Positions 41,309 through 53,518 are shown, numbered from the stretch's first letter. The stretch is 64,000 nucleotides of DNA from an uncultured delta proteobacterium (GCA_963814585.1 CAWFDF010000008.1:96001-160000); one strand, 5' to 3'. The notes: generated by a model not told the origin, from the letters alone. A program made the numbers and translations.

Positions 41309-41324
41309 TGGCATATCGCTTGCT
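41309..41324 (+). promoter_or_regulatory. Sigma-54 (-24/-12) promoter
   Basis: TGGCAT-ATCGC-TTGCT with GG-N10-GC spacing, 44 nt before ATG 41368. Confidence 0.7.
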
Positions 41325-41367
41325 CAAGTGACAGGACAACCGTGTCAGGTCTCACTTCGGGGATTGA

Positions 41368-42438
41368 ATGATCCAACTGGTCGCCAGCGCCCGCCAGCTC
41401 CACGCACCGGTCCAGCTCCAGGCCGCGCCACCCAGGGTGGCCGTCCTGCTCAACGCCCGGGCCAAGGCGGTCACCGATGGCGTCCGGCGGGCGCTCTCCG
41501 AGGTCGTGCCGCACGAGGATCTCTACCTCTCTCACGGCCCGGACGAGGCCACCGAGATCGCCGACTGGGTGGTGGCGCGCCGCTACGGGACCGTCTTCAC
41601 CGGCGGCGGGGATGGGACCTTCGTCTCCTGGGTCAACCGGATCACCGACGCCGCCGAGAGGCGTCACCAGCGGACCCCCCGCTTCGGCGTGCTGGCGCTC
41701 GGCACCGGGAACGCCGTGGCCGAGATGGTCGGCGCCGCCCCGCGCCACCACCTCCGCGACCTCACCCGCTTCCTCGACGGTGAGGTCTCCGCCACGCGTC
41801 AGGTCGATCTCGTGACCTGGGAGGGGCGCCGCACCCCCTTCGCCGGGGTGGGCGTCGACGCCGCCATCCTCAACGACTACAACTGGCTGAAGGACCGCCT
41901 GGCTGGAACGCCGCTGCGGGGCCTCGGCGTCGGCGTCGCCGGATACGGCCTCGCCGTGGCGCTCCGATCGGCGCCACGCAAGCTGCTGGAGCGGCGCCCC
42001 ACCTACTGCGAGATCGTCAACAGCGGCCGCCACGCCTGGCGTCTCGACGCCCAGGGCCGCCGCCTCGGCCCGTCCATCGGCCCGGGCGAGCTGCTCTACG
42101 CAGGCCCCTGCATGATGGCCGGCGCCAGCACCGTCCCCTTCTACGGCATGGGGCTCCGCATCTTCCCCCACGCCGACAAGGCGCGCGGGATGATGCACCT
42201 GCGCGTGGTCTCGGACCCGGCCATCTCCACGCTGGTGATGAACCTGCACCGGATCTGGGCCGGCGACTTCGCCCACGAGAAGATCCTCGACTTCCACGCC
42301 GACCAGGTGACGCTCCGCTTCGAGCGCCCCATCCCGCTGCAGGTCGGGGGCGACGCCGAGGGCTGGAGGGAGTCCGTCACCTTCGGCATGGCGAAGTCGC
42401 CGGTCGAGCTGGTCGACTTCCGCGGCGTCGCCGCCTAG
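41368..42438 (+). CDS. Diacylglycerol/lipid kinase family protein
   Basis: LLNARA, GGGDGT, LALGTGNA, AGVGVDA, LQVGGD. Confidence 0.8.
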   Translation: MIQLVASARQLHAPVQLQAAPPRVAVLLNARAKAVTDGVRRALSEVVPHEDLYLSHGPDEATEIADWVVARRYGTVFTGGGDGTFVSWVNRITDAAERRHQRTPRFGVLALGTGNAVAEMVGAAPRHHLRDLTRFLDGEVSATRQVDLVTWEGRRTPFAGVGVDAAILNDYNWLKDRLAGTPLRGLGVGVAGYGLAVALRSAPRKLLERRPTYCEIVNSGRHAWRLDAQGRRLGPSIGPGELLYAGPCMMAGASTVPFYGMGLRIFPHADKARGMMHLRVVSDPAISTLVMNLHRIWAGDFAHEKILDFHADQVTLRFERPIPLQVGGDAEGWRESVTFGMAKSPVELVDFRGVAA

Positions 42439-42477
42439 GGGCCTGCCCCGGCACCTCCCAGTGCCGCGCCCCAGGCA

Positions 42478-43801
42478 CTAGAGCAGGTTGGCGGCCAGCT
42501 CGGCCAGCGGCGACCGCTCGCCCTTGGAGAGGGTGATGTGCCCGGCCAGGCGCTCGTCCTTGAACCGGTTCACCACGTGGACCAGGCCGTTGTTGGTCTG
42601 GTCCACGTAGGGGTTGTCGATCTGGTAGGGGTCGCCGGTGAGGACGATCTTGGTGCCGTCGCCGACGCGGGTGATGATGGTCTTCACCTCGTGCGGGGTC
42701 AGGTTCTGCGCCTCGTCGACGATGATGAACTGGTTGGGGATGGAGCGACCGCGGATGTAGGTGAGCGGCTCGATCTCGAGGATGCCCAGGTCCATCAGCT
42801 CGTGCCAGCCCGCGCCCCGCCTTCTTCTCCGAGCGTGACAGGTTCATCAGGTACTCGACGTTGTCGAAGATGGGCTGCATCCAGGGGTTGAGCTTCTCCT
42901 CGACCTCGCCCGGCAGGTAGCCGATGTCGCGCCCCAGCGGGAAGATGGGCCGGGACACCAGCAGCTTCTGGTAGACCGACTCCTCCATGGTCTTCTGCAG
43001 GCCGGCGGCGATGGCCAGCAGCGTCTTGCCGGTGCCGGCCTTGCCCACCATGGTGACCAGGCGGATCTCGTCGTTGAGCAGCACGTCGAGCGCGAAGGAC
43101 TGCTCCTTGTTGCGCGGCCGGATCCCCCAGACCCCTTCCTTGGGGGTCTTGATCAGCTGGACGAAGGAGCCCCGGGCGGCGCTGTACTTGCCCACCGCGC
43201 TGTGCTGTGGGGCCAGCTTGTCCCGCAGCACCACGAAGGCGTTGGGCGGCGGCGTCGCCACCCCGGCCGGGCAGGCCACCGAGCCGGAGGCGTAGAACTC
43301 GTTCACCACCTCCGGGTCGACGTCGAGCTCGGCGACGCCGCTCCAGAGCTCGTCGATCTCCACCCCTTCGACGTCGTAGTCCTCGGCGTGGAGCCCGAGG
43401 GCGTCGGCGCGGATGCGGAGGTTGGTGTCCTTGGAGACGAAGACGCAGGGCGTCGCCTTCTCCTTGGTGGCCAGGTCGAAGGCCACCGCCAGGATCTTGT
43501 CGTCCATGGCGTGGCCGTCGCCCACCTCGGGAGGCAGCTTGCGGTCGGCGAAGAGCACCCGCAGCCTGCCCTTGCCGGGCCCGATGGAGACCCCCTCTCG
43601 CAGCTTCCCGGCGCGGCGGAACTCGTCGAGCGAGCGGGAGACCTGGCGGGCGTTGCGCCCCAGCGAGGAGAGGTCGCGCTTGAAGTTGTCGATCTCCTCG
43701 ATGGCGTGGATGGGGATGACGACGTCGTTGTCGTCGAACCCGTACAGGCTCCTGGGGTCGTGCAGCAGGACGTTGGTGTCGAGGACGAAGTTCTTTTTCA
43801 C
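42478..43801 (-). CDS. PhoH2-type PIN plus PhoH ATPase (frameshift near 42810)
   Basis: [15 protein letters not shown] domain, GKAGTGKT, then [21 protein letters not shown] in a second frame. Confidence 0.9.
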
Positions 43802-43898
43802 GCCGGCGCGGCTCCTCGCAACCGCCTTCCGTGGCGGTCCGGGGAGTCTAGCAGGGGGTGGTGGCGCGCGCCCATCCGAGACGCGCCTCCGTGCCGAT

Positions 43899-46213
<2,315 letters not shown>

Positions 46214-46217
<4 letters not shown>

Positions 46218-46516
46218 GGGGTGCCCCCGGGCCGGCCGTCGAGCCGGTAGATCACCTCGCCCGGCCGGATGAAGCGGAGCTCCTCGCGGGCGGCGCGCTC
46301 CCGGGCCTTGGGATCGACGAGCAGCGCCCGGGCCTCCCGGGCCAGCCGGTGGTTCTCCTGGCGGACCCGCTGGTTCTCGTCGGCCAGCCGGACGCACTCC
46401 TCCTCGAGACGGTAGCTCTTGGCCAGTCCGGATGGATCCAGGGCTCCGGCCACCGCCAGCAGGATGGCGGCGCCGAGCAGGACCAGCCAGGCTGTGCGCC
46501 CCCGATGCCAGGACAT
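46214..46516 (-). CDS. ftsB: Septum formation initiator (FtsB/DivIC family)
   Basis: TM helix, coiled coil, ERAAREELRFIRPGEVIY. Confidence 0.8.
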
Positions 46517-46597
46517 TCGTCGACCCGTCGCCGAAGGTACCAGCGAGGCCCGCCGCGTCCAGAAATCTACCGATACCGCCCGGGATGGGCGCTCGCC

Positions 46598-47266
46598 TCA
46601 GCGCGACTCGACCGCCTTGACGAAGATCTCGCCGGCGATCTCGGGGTCGAGGGCGATGGTGGTCTCGCCGATCTCGATGACGTAGGAGGGCGAGCGCTGG
46701 TGGAGGCGCAGGTCGCTCCCCGGGATCACCCCCAGCGCGGCCAGCCGGTCCATGCAATCGTGGAACTTGGGGGCGATGAACACGATCCGGCCGGTCGCGC
46801 CCAGCTCGAAGTGGCGCAGCCCGGTCACCAGCGGCCGCACCGTCTTCTGGAACGCGGCGCAGCAGGCGCCCGGCGGGATGGGGCGGCCGTGCGGACAGGT
46901 GGGCGGGTGGCCAAGCAAGGTGCAGACCGACTCGGTCGCCTCGGGCGAGAGGATGTGCTCGAGCTCGCAGGCCTGCGCTTCCATGGTCGACTCGGAGACC
47001 GCCAGCAGGTCATGGAAGAGCCGCTCGGTGAGGCGGTGGCGCCTCACCACGTCGCGGGCCAGCGCCTCGCCGGCCGGCGTCAGGGCCACCGCGGCGCCGT
47101 CCAGCCGGAGGAGCCCGTCGGCGGCCAGCGCCTCGAGGTCGGCCCGGGCGGCGTCCGGGGCGTGGGCCACCGCGGCGTGCGAGAGGATCGACGGGGCCTG
47201 GTCGCGCCCCTCCTCCCGCTCGGTGAAGACGGTCTCGAGCAGCTCCTCGAGCCGGCGTGACGGCAT
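46598..47266 (-). CDS. DtxR/MntR-family metal-dependent repressor with C-terminal FeoA domain
   Basis: LTPAGEALA..RRHRLTERLF, ACELEH, CPHGRPIP, then RLAALGVIPG FeoA motif. Confidence 0.88.
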   Translation of the reverse strand: MPSRRLEELLETVFTEREEGRDQAPSILSHAAVAHAPDAARADLEALAADGLLRLDGAAVALTPAGEALARDVVRRHRLTERLFHDLLAVSESTMEAQACELEHILSPEATESVCTLLGHPPTCPHGRPIPPGACCAAFQKTVRPLVTGLRHFELGATGRIVFIAPKFHDCMDRLAALGVIPGSDLRLHQRSPSYVIEIGETTIALDPEIAGEIFVKAVESR

Positions 47267-47271
47267 GGTGC

Positions 47272-47523
47272 TCAGGTGGTGCTCCCCTTCTCCGCCACGG
47301 GGCGGCGGCGCGCCTCCAGGAACCGCTTGAGCCGGCCGGCCAGACCGGTGTTCTCCTGCGGGAAACTGTAGCCGCAGCCCGGGCAGCAGACCACGTGGCA
47401 GCCGGTCGCCATGGGGCAGCTGGGGCGGCACCCCTGCCCGGAGGCGTCGAAGTCGACGCCGCAGAGCGGGCAGCGCTCGAGGCGGCCGGAGGGGCCGGAG
47501 GTGGCGGCGGGGAGCGCGGCCAT
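47272..47523 (-). CDS. Small Cys-rich protein downstream of feoB
   Basis: ATG overlaps the feoB stop; CPLC..GCRPSCPMATGCHVVCCPGCGYSFP. Confidence 0.75.
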   Translation of the reverse strand: MAALPAATSGPSGRLERCPLCGVDFDASGQGCRPSCPMATGCHVVCCPGCGYSFPQENTGLAGRLKRFLEARRRPVAEKGSTT

Positions 47524-49571
47524 CAGTAGGTCCACCGCATCAGCTGGTTCACCAGCGCGCCCACGCCCACCGAGAAGGGCAGGATGAAGCCCATCATGGC
47601 CAGCCCGGTCTTCAGGCCACGCTCCTTGAGGATCATGAAGAAGTTGGCGATGCACGGGATGAAGAGCGTGATGGTGATCAGGGCCACCACGATCTCGATC
47701 TCCATGGCCCGGGTCATGGTCCCGGCCGCGATGTGCGGCTGGTAATGGGAGAAGAGCCCGGCCGCGGCGTAGTCGCGCCGCAGGAAGCCGAGGATGAAGG
47801 CGCCGGCCGCCTCCTTGGGCAGCCCGAGCACCCCCGACATGACCGGCTCGGCGGCGCGCTCCAGCGCCGCCAGCAGGTGGAAGCGATCCATCCCCCAGAG
47901 CAGCAGCGTGCCGAGCAGGAAGAGCGGCATGGCCTCGCGCAGGTACCACTCGATCCGCGCCAGCGTCTTGATGGCCACGTTGCCGGCCTGGGGCAGGCGC
48001 AGCGGAGGCAGCTCGAGCATGAAGTCCGACCCCCGACCCGGGATGACCCTGGCGGCCAGCCAGCCGATGAGGAAGATCACGCCCAGCAGGGTCCCGCCGA
48101 ACCAGAGCAGCGCGGCCAGGGGCAGCCCGGCGGTCATGGCCAGGATGACCGCCAGCTGGGCGCTGCAGGGGACGGCCAGCGCCAGCAGCAAGGTGACGAT
48201 GACCCGCTCCTTGCGCGTCTCCATGATCCGCGCCGTCATGGTGGCCATGGTGTCGCAGCCGAGCCCCAGGACCATGGGGAGCACCGCCTTGCCGTTCAGC
48301 CCCATGCGCTTGAAGACCTGGTTCACCATCACCGCCAGCCGCGGCAGGTAGCCCGAGTCCTCGAGGATGGAGAAGGCCACGAAGAAGGTGGCGACGATGG
48401 GCAGCACGATGGCCACCGCGTAGGAGAGCCCCATCGAGACCAGCCCGTAGCGGCCGATGATGAAGCCGCCGTGCTCGGCGGCGGGCACGCCGGCCGGGCC
48501 GATGAGGAACTCGCGCAGCGCGCCGCCGGGGAGGATGGCCTGGAGCGCCGCCTCGGTCCAGGGCACCAGGTGCTGGCGGAAGACGGTGTCCTCCAGGAAC
48601 TCGACGGCGGTCCCGGCCCCGAAGACGCCGACGAAGGCCCAGGCGAGGAAGAGCACCAGCACCAGGAGCGGGATCCCGTAGACCGGGTGGGTGGACCAGC
48701 CCCCCAGTTGCCGGGCGAAGTCGCTGCCCGCGCTCCGCGTCCCGCGGGTGACCACGGCGTCGTGGAGGCGGTCGACGGCCGCCAGCCGCTGCCTGGCGAC
48801 CACGAAGCGGAGCGACTCCGGGTAGCGGGAGGCCAGCTCGCGCTGCACCTCGTCCACCCGGGCCAGCGCCCCCGGGGTGAGCCGGGCCGCGAGCAGGCCG
48901 CGGAGCGAGTCGTCCCCCACCAGCGCCATCAGGCCGAGGGCGCGGGCGCCCAGGCCTCCCCTCGGCATCAGCGGCGCCACCTCCCCCAGGGCCTCCTCGA
49001 TGGCCTCGTCGTAGCGCGGGACGAAGCGCGAGGTCCGCGCCTCGGCGAGGCGCGCCTGCAGCGTGGCCAGCCCCTGCCGCTGCACCGCCACCGTCGGCAC
49101 CACGTCGACGCCCAGCGCCTCGGCCAGCCGGGCCTCGTCGACCTGGAAGCCCCGGCTGGCGGCCTCGTCGGCCATGTTGAGAGCCAGCAGGAAGGGCACC
49201 TGGGCCTCGGCCAGCTGCGACGCGAGCAGCAGGCCACGCCGCAGGTTCTTGGCGTCGCAGACCTGCAGGGCGACGTAGCCGGTCTCGGCCTGGAGGATGT
49301 CCCGGGTGACCTGCTCGTCCTCCGACATGGGGAGCAGGTTGTTGGTCCCGGGCGTGTCCATGACGTGCCAGGGGGCCCCGTCGATGGTGGCCGTGCCGCG
49401 CGTCACCTCCACGGTGGTGCCGGGGTAGTTGGAGACCGTGACGTACCGGCCCGTCAGCGCGCCGAAGAGCACGCTCTTGCCGACGTTGGGGTTGCCGACC
49501 AGGATCACCGACCTCGCCTGCGGCAGCAGGTCCTTGGCCTCGAGCGCCTGGGCGCTGGACGGCGGCGTCAT
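47523..49571 (-). CDS. feoB: Ferrous iron transporter FeoB
   Basis: GNPNVGKS, SNYPGTTVE, DTPG, LEDSGYLPRLA, LGLGC, VPCSAQL, FMLELPP. Confidence 0.95.
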   Translation of the reverse strand: MTPPSSAQALEAKDLLPQARSVILVGNPNVGKSVLFGALTGRYVTVSNYPGTTVEVTRGTATIDGAPWHVMDTPGTNNLLPMSEDEQVTRDILQAETGYVALQVCDAKNLRRGLLLASQLAEAQVPFLLALNMADEAASRGFQVDEARLAEALGVDVVPTVAVQRQGLATLQARLAEARTSRFVPRYDEAIEEALGEVAPLMPRGGLGARALGLMALVGDDSLRGLLAARLTPGALARVDEVQRELASRYPESLRFVVARQRLAAVDRLHDAVVTRGTRSAGSDFARQLGGWSTHPVYGIPLLVLVLFLAWAFVGVFGAGTAVEFLEDTVFRQHLVPWTEAALQAILPGGALREFLIGPAGVPAAEHGGFIIGRYGLVSMGLSYAVAIVLPIVATFFVAFSILEDSGYLPRLAVMVNQVFKRMGLNGKAVLPMVLGLGCDTMATMTARIMETRKERVIVTLLLALAVPCSAQLAVILAMTAGLPLAALLWFGGTLLGVIFLIGWLAARVIPGRGSDFMLELPPLRLPQAGNVAIKTLARIEWYLREAMPLFLLGTLLLWGMDRFHLLAALERAAEPVMSGVLGLPKEAAGAFILGFLRRDYAAAGLFSHYQPHIAAGTMTRAMEIEIVVALITITLFIPCIANFFMILKERGLKTGLAMMGFILPFSVGVGALVNQLMRWTY

Positions 49572-50104
49572 GGCCGCGCCTCCCGGCCCGGGGCGCGCCG
49601 GCAGGCGGCGCAGCGCCCGTAGAGCTCCAGCTTGTGGGTCTCGACCACGAAGCCGTGGCTGTGGGCGACGCGCGACTGGAGCACCTCGATGCGCTCCTCG
49701 GCGAATTCCTCGATGGCGCCGCAGCCGGTGCAGATGAGGTGATCGTGGTGCGGGCGGCCGGCGGCCGGCTCGTAGCGGGTCTGGGTGCCGTCGAACTGGC
49801 GCGGGAAGGCCAGCCCACAGCCGGCCAGCAGCTTCATGGTCCGGTACACGGTGGCCACGCTGACGCGCGGATCGCTGCGTCGCGCGGCGGCCACCAGCTG
49901 CTCCACCGAGACGTGGCCGCCCATGTCGAAGAAGGTGTCGGCCACCAGGTCGCGCTGGCGCGACCGCTTGAGCCCGAGCCGGGCGATCTCGGCCTGCAGC
50001 GCGGCCCGACCAGCGTGGGGGCCGGGCCTGGCCCGGCCCGCGAGCCGCCGCGGCCCGCCCCGCAGGGTCTGGTTGATCTGGCTGTTGGGGCTGGTCGAGG
50101 CCAT
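49568..50104 (-). CDS. fur: Fur-family transcriptional repressor
   Basis: VSVATVYRTMKLL, HHDHLICTGCG, LYGRCAAC. Confidence 0.9.
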   Translation of the reverse strand: MASTSPNSQINQTLRGGPRRLAGRARPGPHAGRAALQAEIARLGLKRSRQRDLVADTFFDMGGHVSVEQLVAAARRSDPRVSVATVYRTMKLLAGCGLAFPRQFDGTQTRYEPAAGRPHHDHLICTGCGAIEEFAEERIEVLQSRVAHSHGFVVETHKLELYGRCAACRRAPGREARP

Positions 50105-50130
50105 CTTGATAACGGTTCTCATTATCAAGA
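50104..50130. promoter_or_regulatory. Fur box
   Basis: TCTTGATAA-N9-TTATCAAGA palindrome; core GATAACGGTTCTCATTATC matches 15/19 of GATAATGATAATCATTATC; abuts the fur start codon. Confidence 0.85.
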
Positions 50131-50185
50131 ACCCCGCCGGCCCGCAAGCCCTTCCGGCCCGGTCCGGGAGGGACGGCCGCTCGGC

Positions 50186-50788
50186 CTAGGGAACCGCCTT
50201 CACGCCGGCGGCGCTCCAGTAGGCGCGCCAGCGATCGGCGGCGCCGCCGGACTCGCCGACGTCGCGGCCGGCCAGCACTACCAGGGTGGCGTGGGCCTCA
50301 CGCCGTACCAGCGCCGACTCGTCGTCGAGCAGGGCGATCAGCCGCGGGACATGCGCCAGCGCCTCGACGCGAGGACGGAAGCGGACCAGCTCGCAGGCCA
50401 CGGCCCGGCCCAGCGGGTCGGCGCTGGCGAGTGGGACGGCCAGGTCCAGGCCGGGCGTGGGTGGCCTGGTGGCGGGGCGGTCGAGGGCGATGCCGGCGAT
50501 GGCCCCGGTGAGGAGCACCAGCGCCCCCACGCGCACCAGCGCCTTGCCGGCCGAGTAGTGGCCGGCCCGGACCAGCGTGAACCGGTAGGTGGCGTAGCCG
50601 CCGATGAAGAGCACCAGCAGCAGGACCGGCACCAGGCGCAGCCAGGTGGACCAGCCGCTCGCCTCGGCCCGGGGCAGCCCGATGAGCGCGGCCCCGCTGG
50701 CCAGCAGAAGGATCGCGAAGAGGCTCCAGCGCAGGACCGGGACGACGACGGGGACGGCCTCGTCGCGCCTGTTTGGCTCGTTCGACAT
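50186..50788 (-). CDS. Membrane protein with C-terminal HEAT-like repeat
   Basis: 3 hydrophobic segments, then VPRLIALLDDESALVRREAHATL. Confidence 0.65.
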   Translation of the reverse strand: MSNEPNRRDEAVPVVVPVLRWSLFAILLLASGAALIGLPRAEASGWSTWLRLVPVLLLVLFIGGYATYRFTLVRAGHYSAGKALVRVGALVLLTGAIAGIALDRPATRPPTPGLDLAVPLASADPLGRAVACELVRFRPRVEALAHVPRLIALLDDESALVRREAHATLVVLAGRDVGESGGAADRWRAYWSAAGVKAVP

Positions 50789-50891
50789 GGCGGGAGTGAA
50801 CCACGCGGCGCAGGGACGAGCAACCGAGGCGCCGGACACCGCGGCGCCGGCGCCTTGACTGGACGCGGCCGGCGTCGCAGGGTGCGCCCCC

Positions 50892-52403
50892 ATGGCGGGA
50901 CTGGAGCTGGAGACCATCGAACGGGCGGTGCGCTGGTGCGCCGAGGCCGGGCGGCAGACCACCCCGGTCGAGGTGCGCGCGGCGCTGGCGCCGCTGGGCT
51001 GGGACCAGCTCCTGGCGGTCCGCGCGCTGCTGGCCAATCCGCCCCCGGGGCGACCGCTCGGCCCCCACGCGCTCGCCAATCTGGGGCGCGGCGTGCCCGC
51101 CGACGTGGCCGCCGAGCGGGAGCGGGAGCAGCGCTACCCACGCGCCGGCGCGGTCCCTTCCGGCCCTCCCGCGGGGTCCACGCCCTCGGCGCCCGGTCCC
51201 ACCGCCCGGGCCAGGGCGAGCCGGCGCTCCCGCCGGGCCCAGGTGGTGGTCCGCAAGGCGGTGGCCGCGGCGCCGGCCCCGCCGCTCCCGGCCACCCGCC
51301 TCCCGCTCCTCGAGGAGCTGCTCCTCCCCGCCGGCCGGGGCGAGCTCGAGCGCCTGCTGCGCAAGCACGGCGGTCGCCGCCCCCACCTGGTCGCCGCGCT
51401 CGGCGCGACACACCGGCGTGCCGGCGGCGCCGCGATCGGAGACGCCGATCTCGATGCCGCGCTGGAGCATCACGGGCTCGACCGCGCCTTCGCGCGGCGG
51501 GAGCGGGACGAGCTCCGGCACGCCGTCCGGGCCGCCGGCGCGGTGCTGTCCCGGGCCGCGTCGGCGCTCGGCCACGACCTGGCCGGCCTCGGCGCGGCCA
51601 TCGCCAGGCTGGGGCTCGACACCGAGGTGATGCGCCTCCGCGAGGCCCGGCGCCGCGACCTGCGCGCGCGGGCCACGCTCGCGGAGAGAGCGCTGCTGCT
51701 GGTCGGAAGCACCGACCTGCTGGCCGACCTCGAGCTCCTCGCCGAGTTCGAGCTCGACCTGAGAAAGCGGCTGCCCGGACACCTGCGGGCGCTCTCCTCC
51801 ACCGCCGAGCCGCTCGAGCTCGGGCTGGCCCGGACCCTGGCCATCCCGGGGGAAGCGGTGCGGACGCTGCTGGAGCGACTCGGCGTGGACCTCCACGCCT
51901 CGGCGCCCGCACCTCGAACGCCGGCCGGCCCCGCGGCAGGAGCCTTCGGTCGGCCGGCGCGGGTTCGCGAAGCGGCCAGTGGACCAGGGCCGACGAGCCG
52001 GCGCCCCCCAGCCGGGCGTCCAGGCCGCGACCGTCCCCTCGATCCCCTGCCGCCCGTGGGTCATACATCCGGTTCGCGTCCGTCCGGTTCGCGTCCGTCC
52101 GGTTCGCGTCCGTCCGGTCCACGTCCGTCCGGTTCGCGTCCGTCCGGTTCGCGTCCGTCCGGTTCGCGTCCGTCCGGTTCGCGTCCGTCCGGTTCGCGTC
52201 CGTCCGGTTCGCGTCCGTCCGGTTCGCGTCCGTCCGGTTCGCGTCCGTCCGGTTCGCGTCCGTCCGGTTCGCGTCCGTCCGGTTCGCGTCCGTCCGGTTC
52301 ACGTCCGTCCGACAGCAGGAACGCGGGAGACAGGTGGTCCGGAGCGCGCACCGCAGGACCGCGCCGCCCCAACCCAAGCGGCGGACGCCGCCCACCCCGC
52401 TGA
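50892..52403 (+). CDS. Hypothetical protein with helical (possibly HTH-like) core and SGSRP-repeat tail
   Basis: 503-codon ORF with coding-like composition; ATG start. Confidence 0.65.
   Translation: MAGLELETIERAVRWCAEAGRQTTPVEVRAALAPLGWDQLLAVRALLANPPPGRPLGPHALANLGRGVPADVAAEREREQRYPRAGAVPSGPPAGSTPSAPGPTARARASRRSRRAQVVVRKAVAAAPAPPLPATRLPLLEELLLPAGRGELERLLRKHGGRRPHLVAALGATHRRAGGAAIGDADLDAALEHHGLDRAFARRERDELRHAVRAAGAVLSRAASALGHDLAGLGAAIARLGLDTEVMRLREARRRDLRARATLAERALLLVGSTDLLADLELLAEFELDLRKRLPGHLRALSSTAEPLELGLARTLAIPGEAVRTLLERLGVDLHASAPAPRTPAGPAAGAFGRPARVREAASGPGPTSRRPPAGRPGRDRPLDPLPPVGHTSGSRPSGSRPSGSRPSGPRPSGSRPSGSRPSGSRPSGSRPSGSRPSGSRPSGSRPSGSRPSGSRPSGSRPSGSRPSGSRPSDSRNAGDRWSGARTAGPRRPNPSGGRRPPR
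52068..52307. repeat. 15-bp tandem repeat, 16 copies
   Basis: Unit TCCGGTTCGCGTCCG; copies 4 and 16 are variant. Confidence 0.95.
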
Positions 52404-52440
52404 ACCGATCCCGGCCCTCGACGGGCCCCTCGGAGGCCTC

Positions 52441-52848
52441 ATGCCAATCTACGAGTTCAGGTGCGCCAAGTGCGGAAACCTCTCCGAGGTGGTCCAGCGC
52501 GTGGGCGCGCGCGCCCCCCCCTGCCCGGTCTGTGGCAGCAAGCGGATGGCCCGGGCGGTGTCCCGGACCGCCTTCCATCTCAAGGGCGGCGGCTGGCACG
52601 CGGACCTCTACGCCACACCGCGCCCCGGAGCCACCCAGCCGGAGGGCGCCGAGGCGGCCAAGCCGACCGAGGAGAAGCCCAAGGACGGGAAGGCGAAGGA
52701 CGGGACGCCCGCCGCTGGCGCCACGGCGGACGGGGCCGCCAAGCCGGCCACCCCCCCCGCGACGACCTCGAAGCCGGAGGCGGCGCCCAGGGAGGGCTCC
52801 GGCCCACCTCGGCGCCGCCCCGCCGTGACGCCCCGCAAGCGGCGGTGA
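52441..52848 (+). CDS. FmdB-family zinc-ribbon protein
   Basis: GGAGG RBS; MPIYEFRCAKCG..CPVCG..FHLKGGGWHADLY. Confidence 0.85.
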   Translation: MPIYEFRCAKCGNLSEVVQRVGARAPPCPVCGSKRMARAVSRTAFHLKGGGWHADLYATPRPGATQPEGAEAAKPTEEKPKDGKAKDGTPAAGATADGAAKPATPPATTSKPEAAPREGSGPPRRRPAVTPRKRR

Positions 52849-52857
52849 CCGCCGACC

Positions 52858-53208
52858 CTACTTGGACTTGGGCGCCGGCTTGCCCTTCTCGAAGACCACG
52901 CCGTCGCCGTACTTCCCGACGATGGCCTTCTTGGTCTTCAGCCCCGTCATGTCGATCACGAAGGTCGGCACGCGCCGCGCACGCCGATCAGCGGCCCACC
53001 TGGTGATCTCGGCGCGCGGGCGCGTCCCGGTGCCCCGGGCCTTGCGTCCACGGCCTCCCTTCCCCACCGTCTTCTTCAGCTCGGCCTCCAGCCGCTGCGC
53101 GACCGTGTCCGCGATGGAGCGGGCGATGGCGGCGGAGACGCGCTCGACCACCCCTTCGATGCTGTTCTTGACGATCTCGTCGAGCGAGGCGGCGGGGCGA
53201 CTTGCCAT
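52858..53208 (-). CDS. Small basic hypothetical protein, possibly DNA-binding
   Basis: AGGAG RBS; helical N-terminus, Lys/Arg/Gly linker, C-terminal RWAADRRARRVPTFV domain. Confidence 0.7.
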   Translation of the reverse strand: MASRPAASLDEIVKNSIEGVVERVSAAIARSIADTVAQRLEAELKKTVGKGGRGRKARGTGTRPRAEITRWAADRRARRVPTFVIDMTGLKTKKAIVGKYGDGVVFEKGKPAPKSK

Positions 53209-53347
53209 GGGGACTCCTGATTGGATTGAATCGTGATTGCTACGGAGCGTCAACCTTCGGTCAAATTGGATTGGGTATTATAACGACAATCTCCCCGGCG
53301 GCAATTCCGAATCTCTGCTACTGTCGGGCGCCGCCGGCGTGGTGCCC

Positions 53348-53431
53348 GGCCCTCTGGCGAAACGGTATACGCGCTCGACTCAAAATCGAGTGGGGCGACC
53401 CCCCGTCCCGGTTCGAGTCCGGGGAGGGCCA
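53348..53431 (+). tRNA. tRNA-Leu (CAA), CCA not encoded
   Basis: Acceptor stem GGCCCTC/GAGGGCC, anticodon arm CTCGA-CTCAAAA-TCGAG, long variable arm, GGTTCGAGTCC. Confidence 0.9.
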
Positions 53432-53518
53432 ACTACACCACCCGGAGGGCCCGTTTCCCCTTGCGGCAAGGGCGAACGGGCGTGTATTGCTCCCCCCTTT
53501 CCGCCGTCTGGAGCCGCC

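Noticed and set aside
52068..52307. CRISPR array
   Set aside because: Contiguous 15-bp units with no spacers and no cas genes
53348..53460. Genomic island integrated at tRNA-Leu
   Set aside because: No integrase and no duplicated tRNA 3' end noticed in the window
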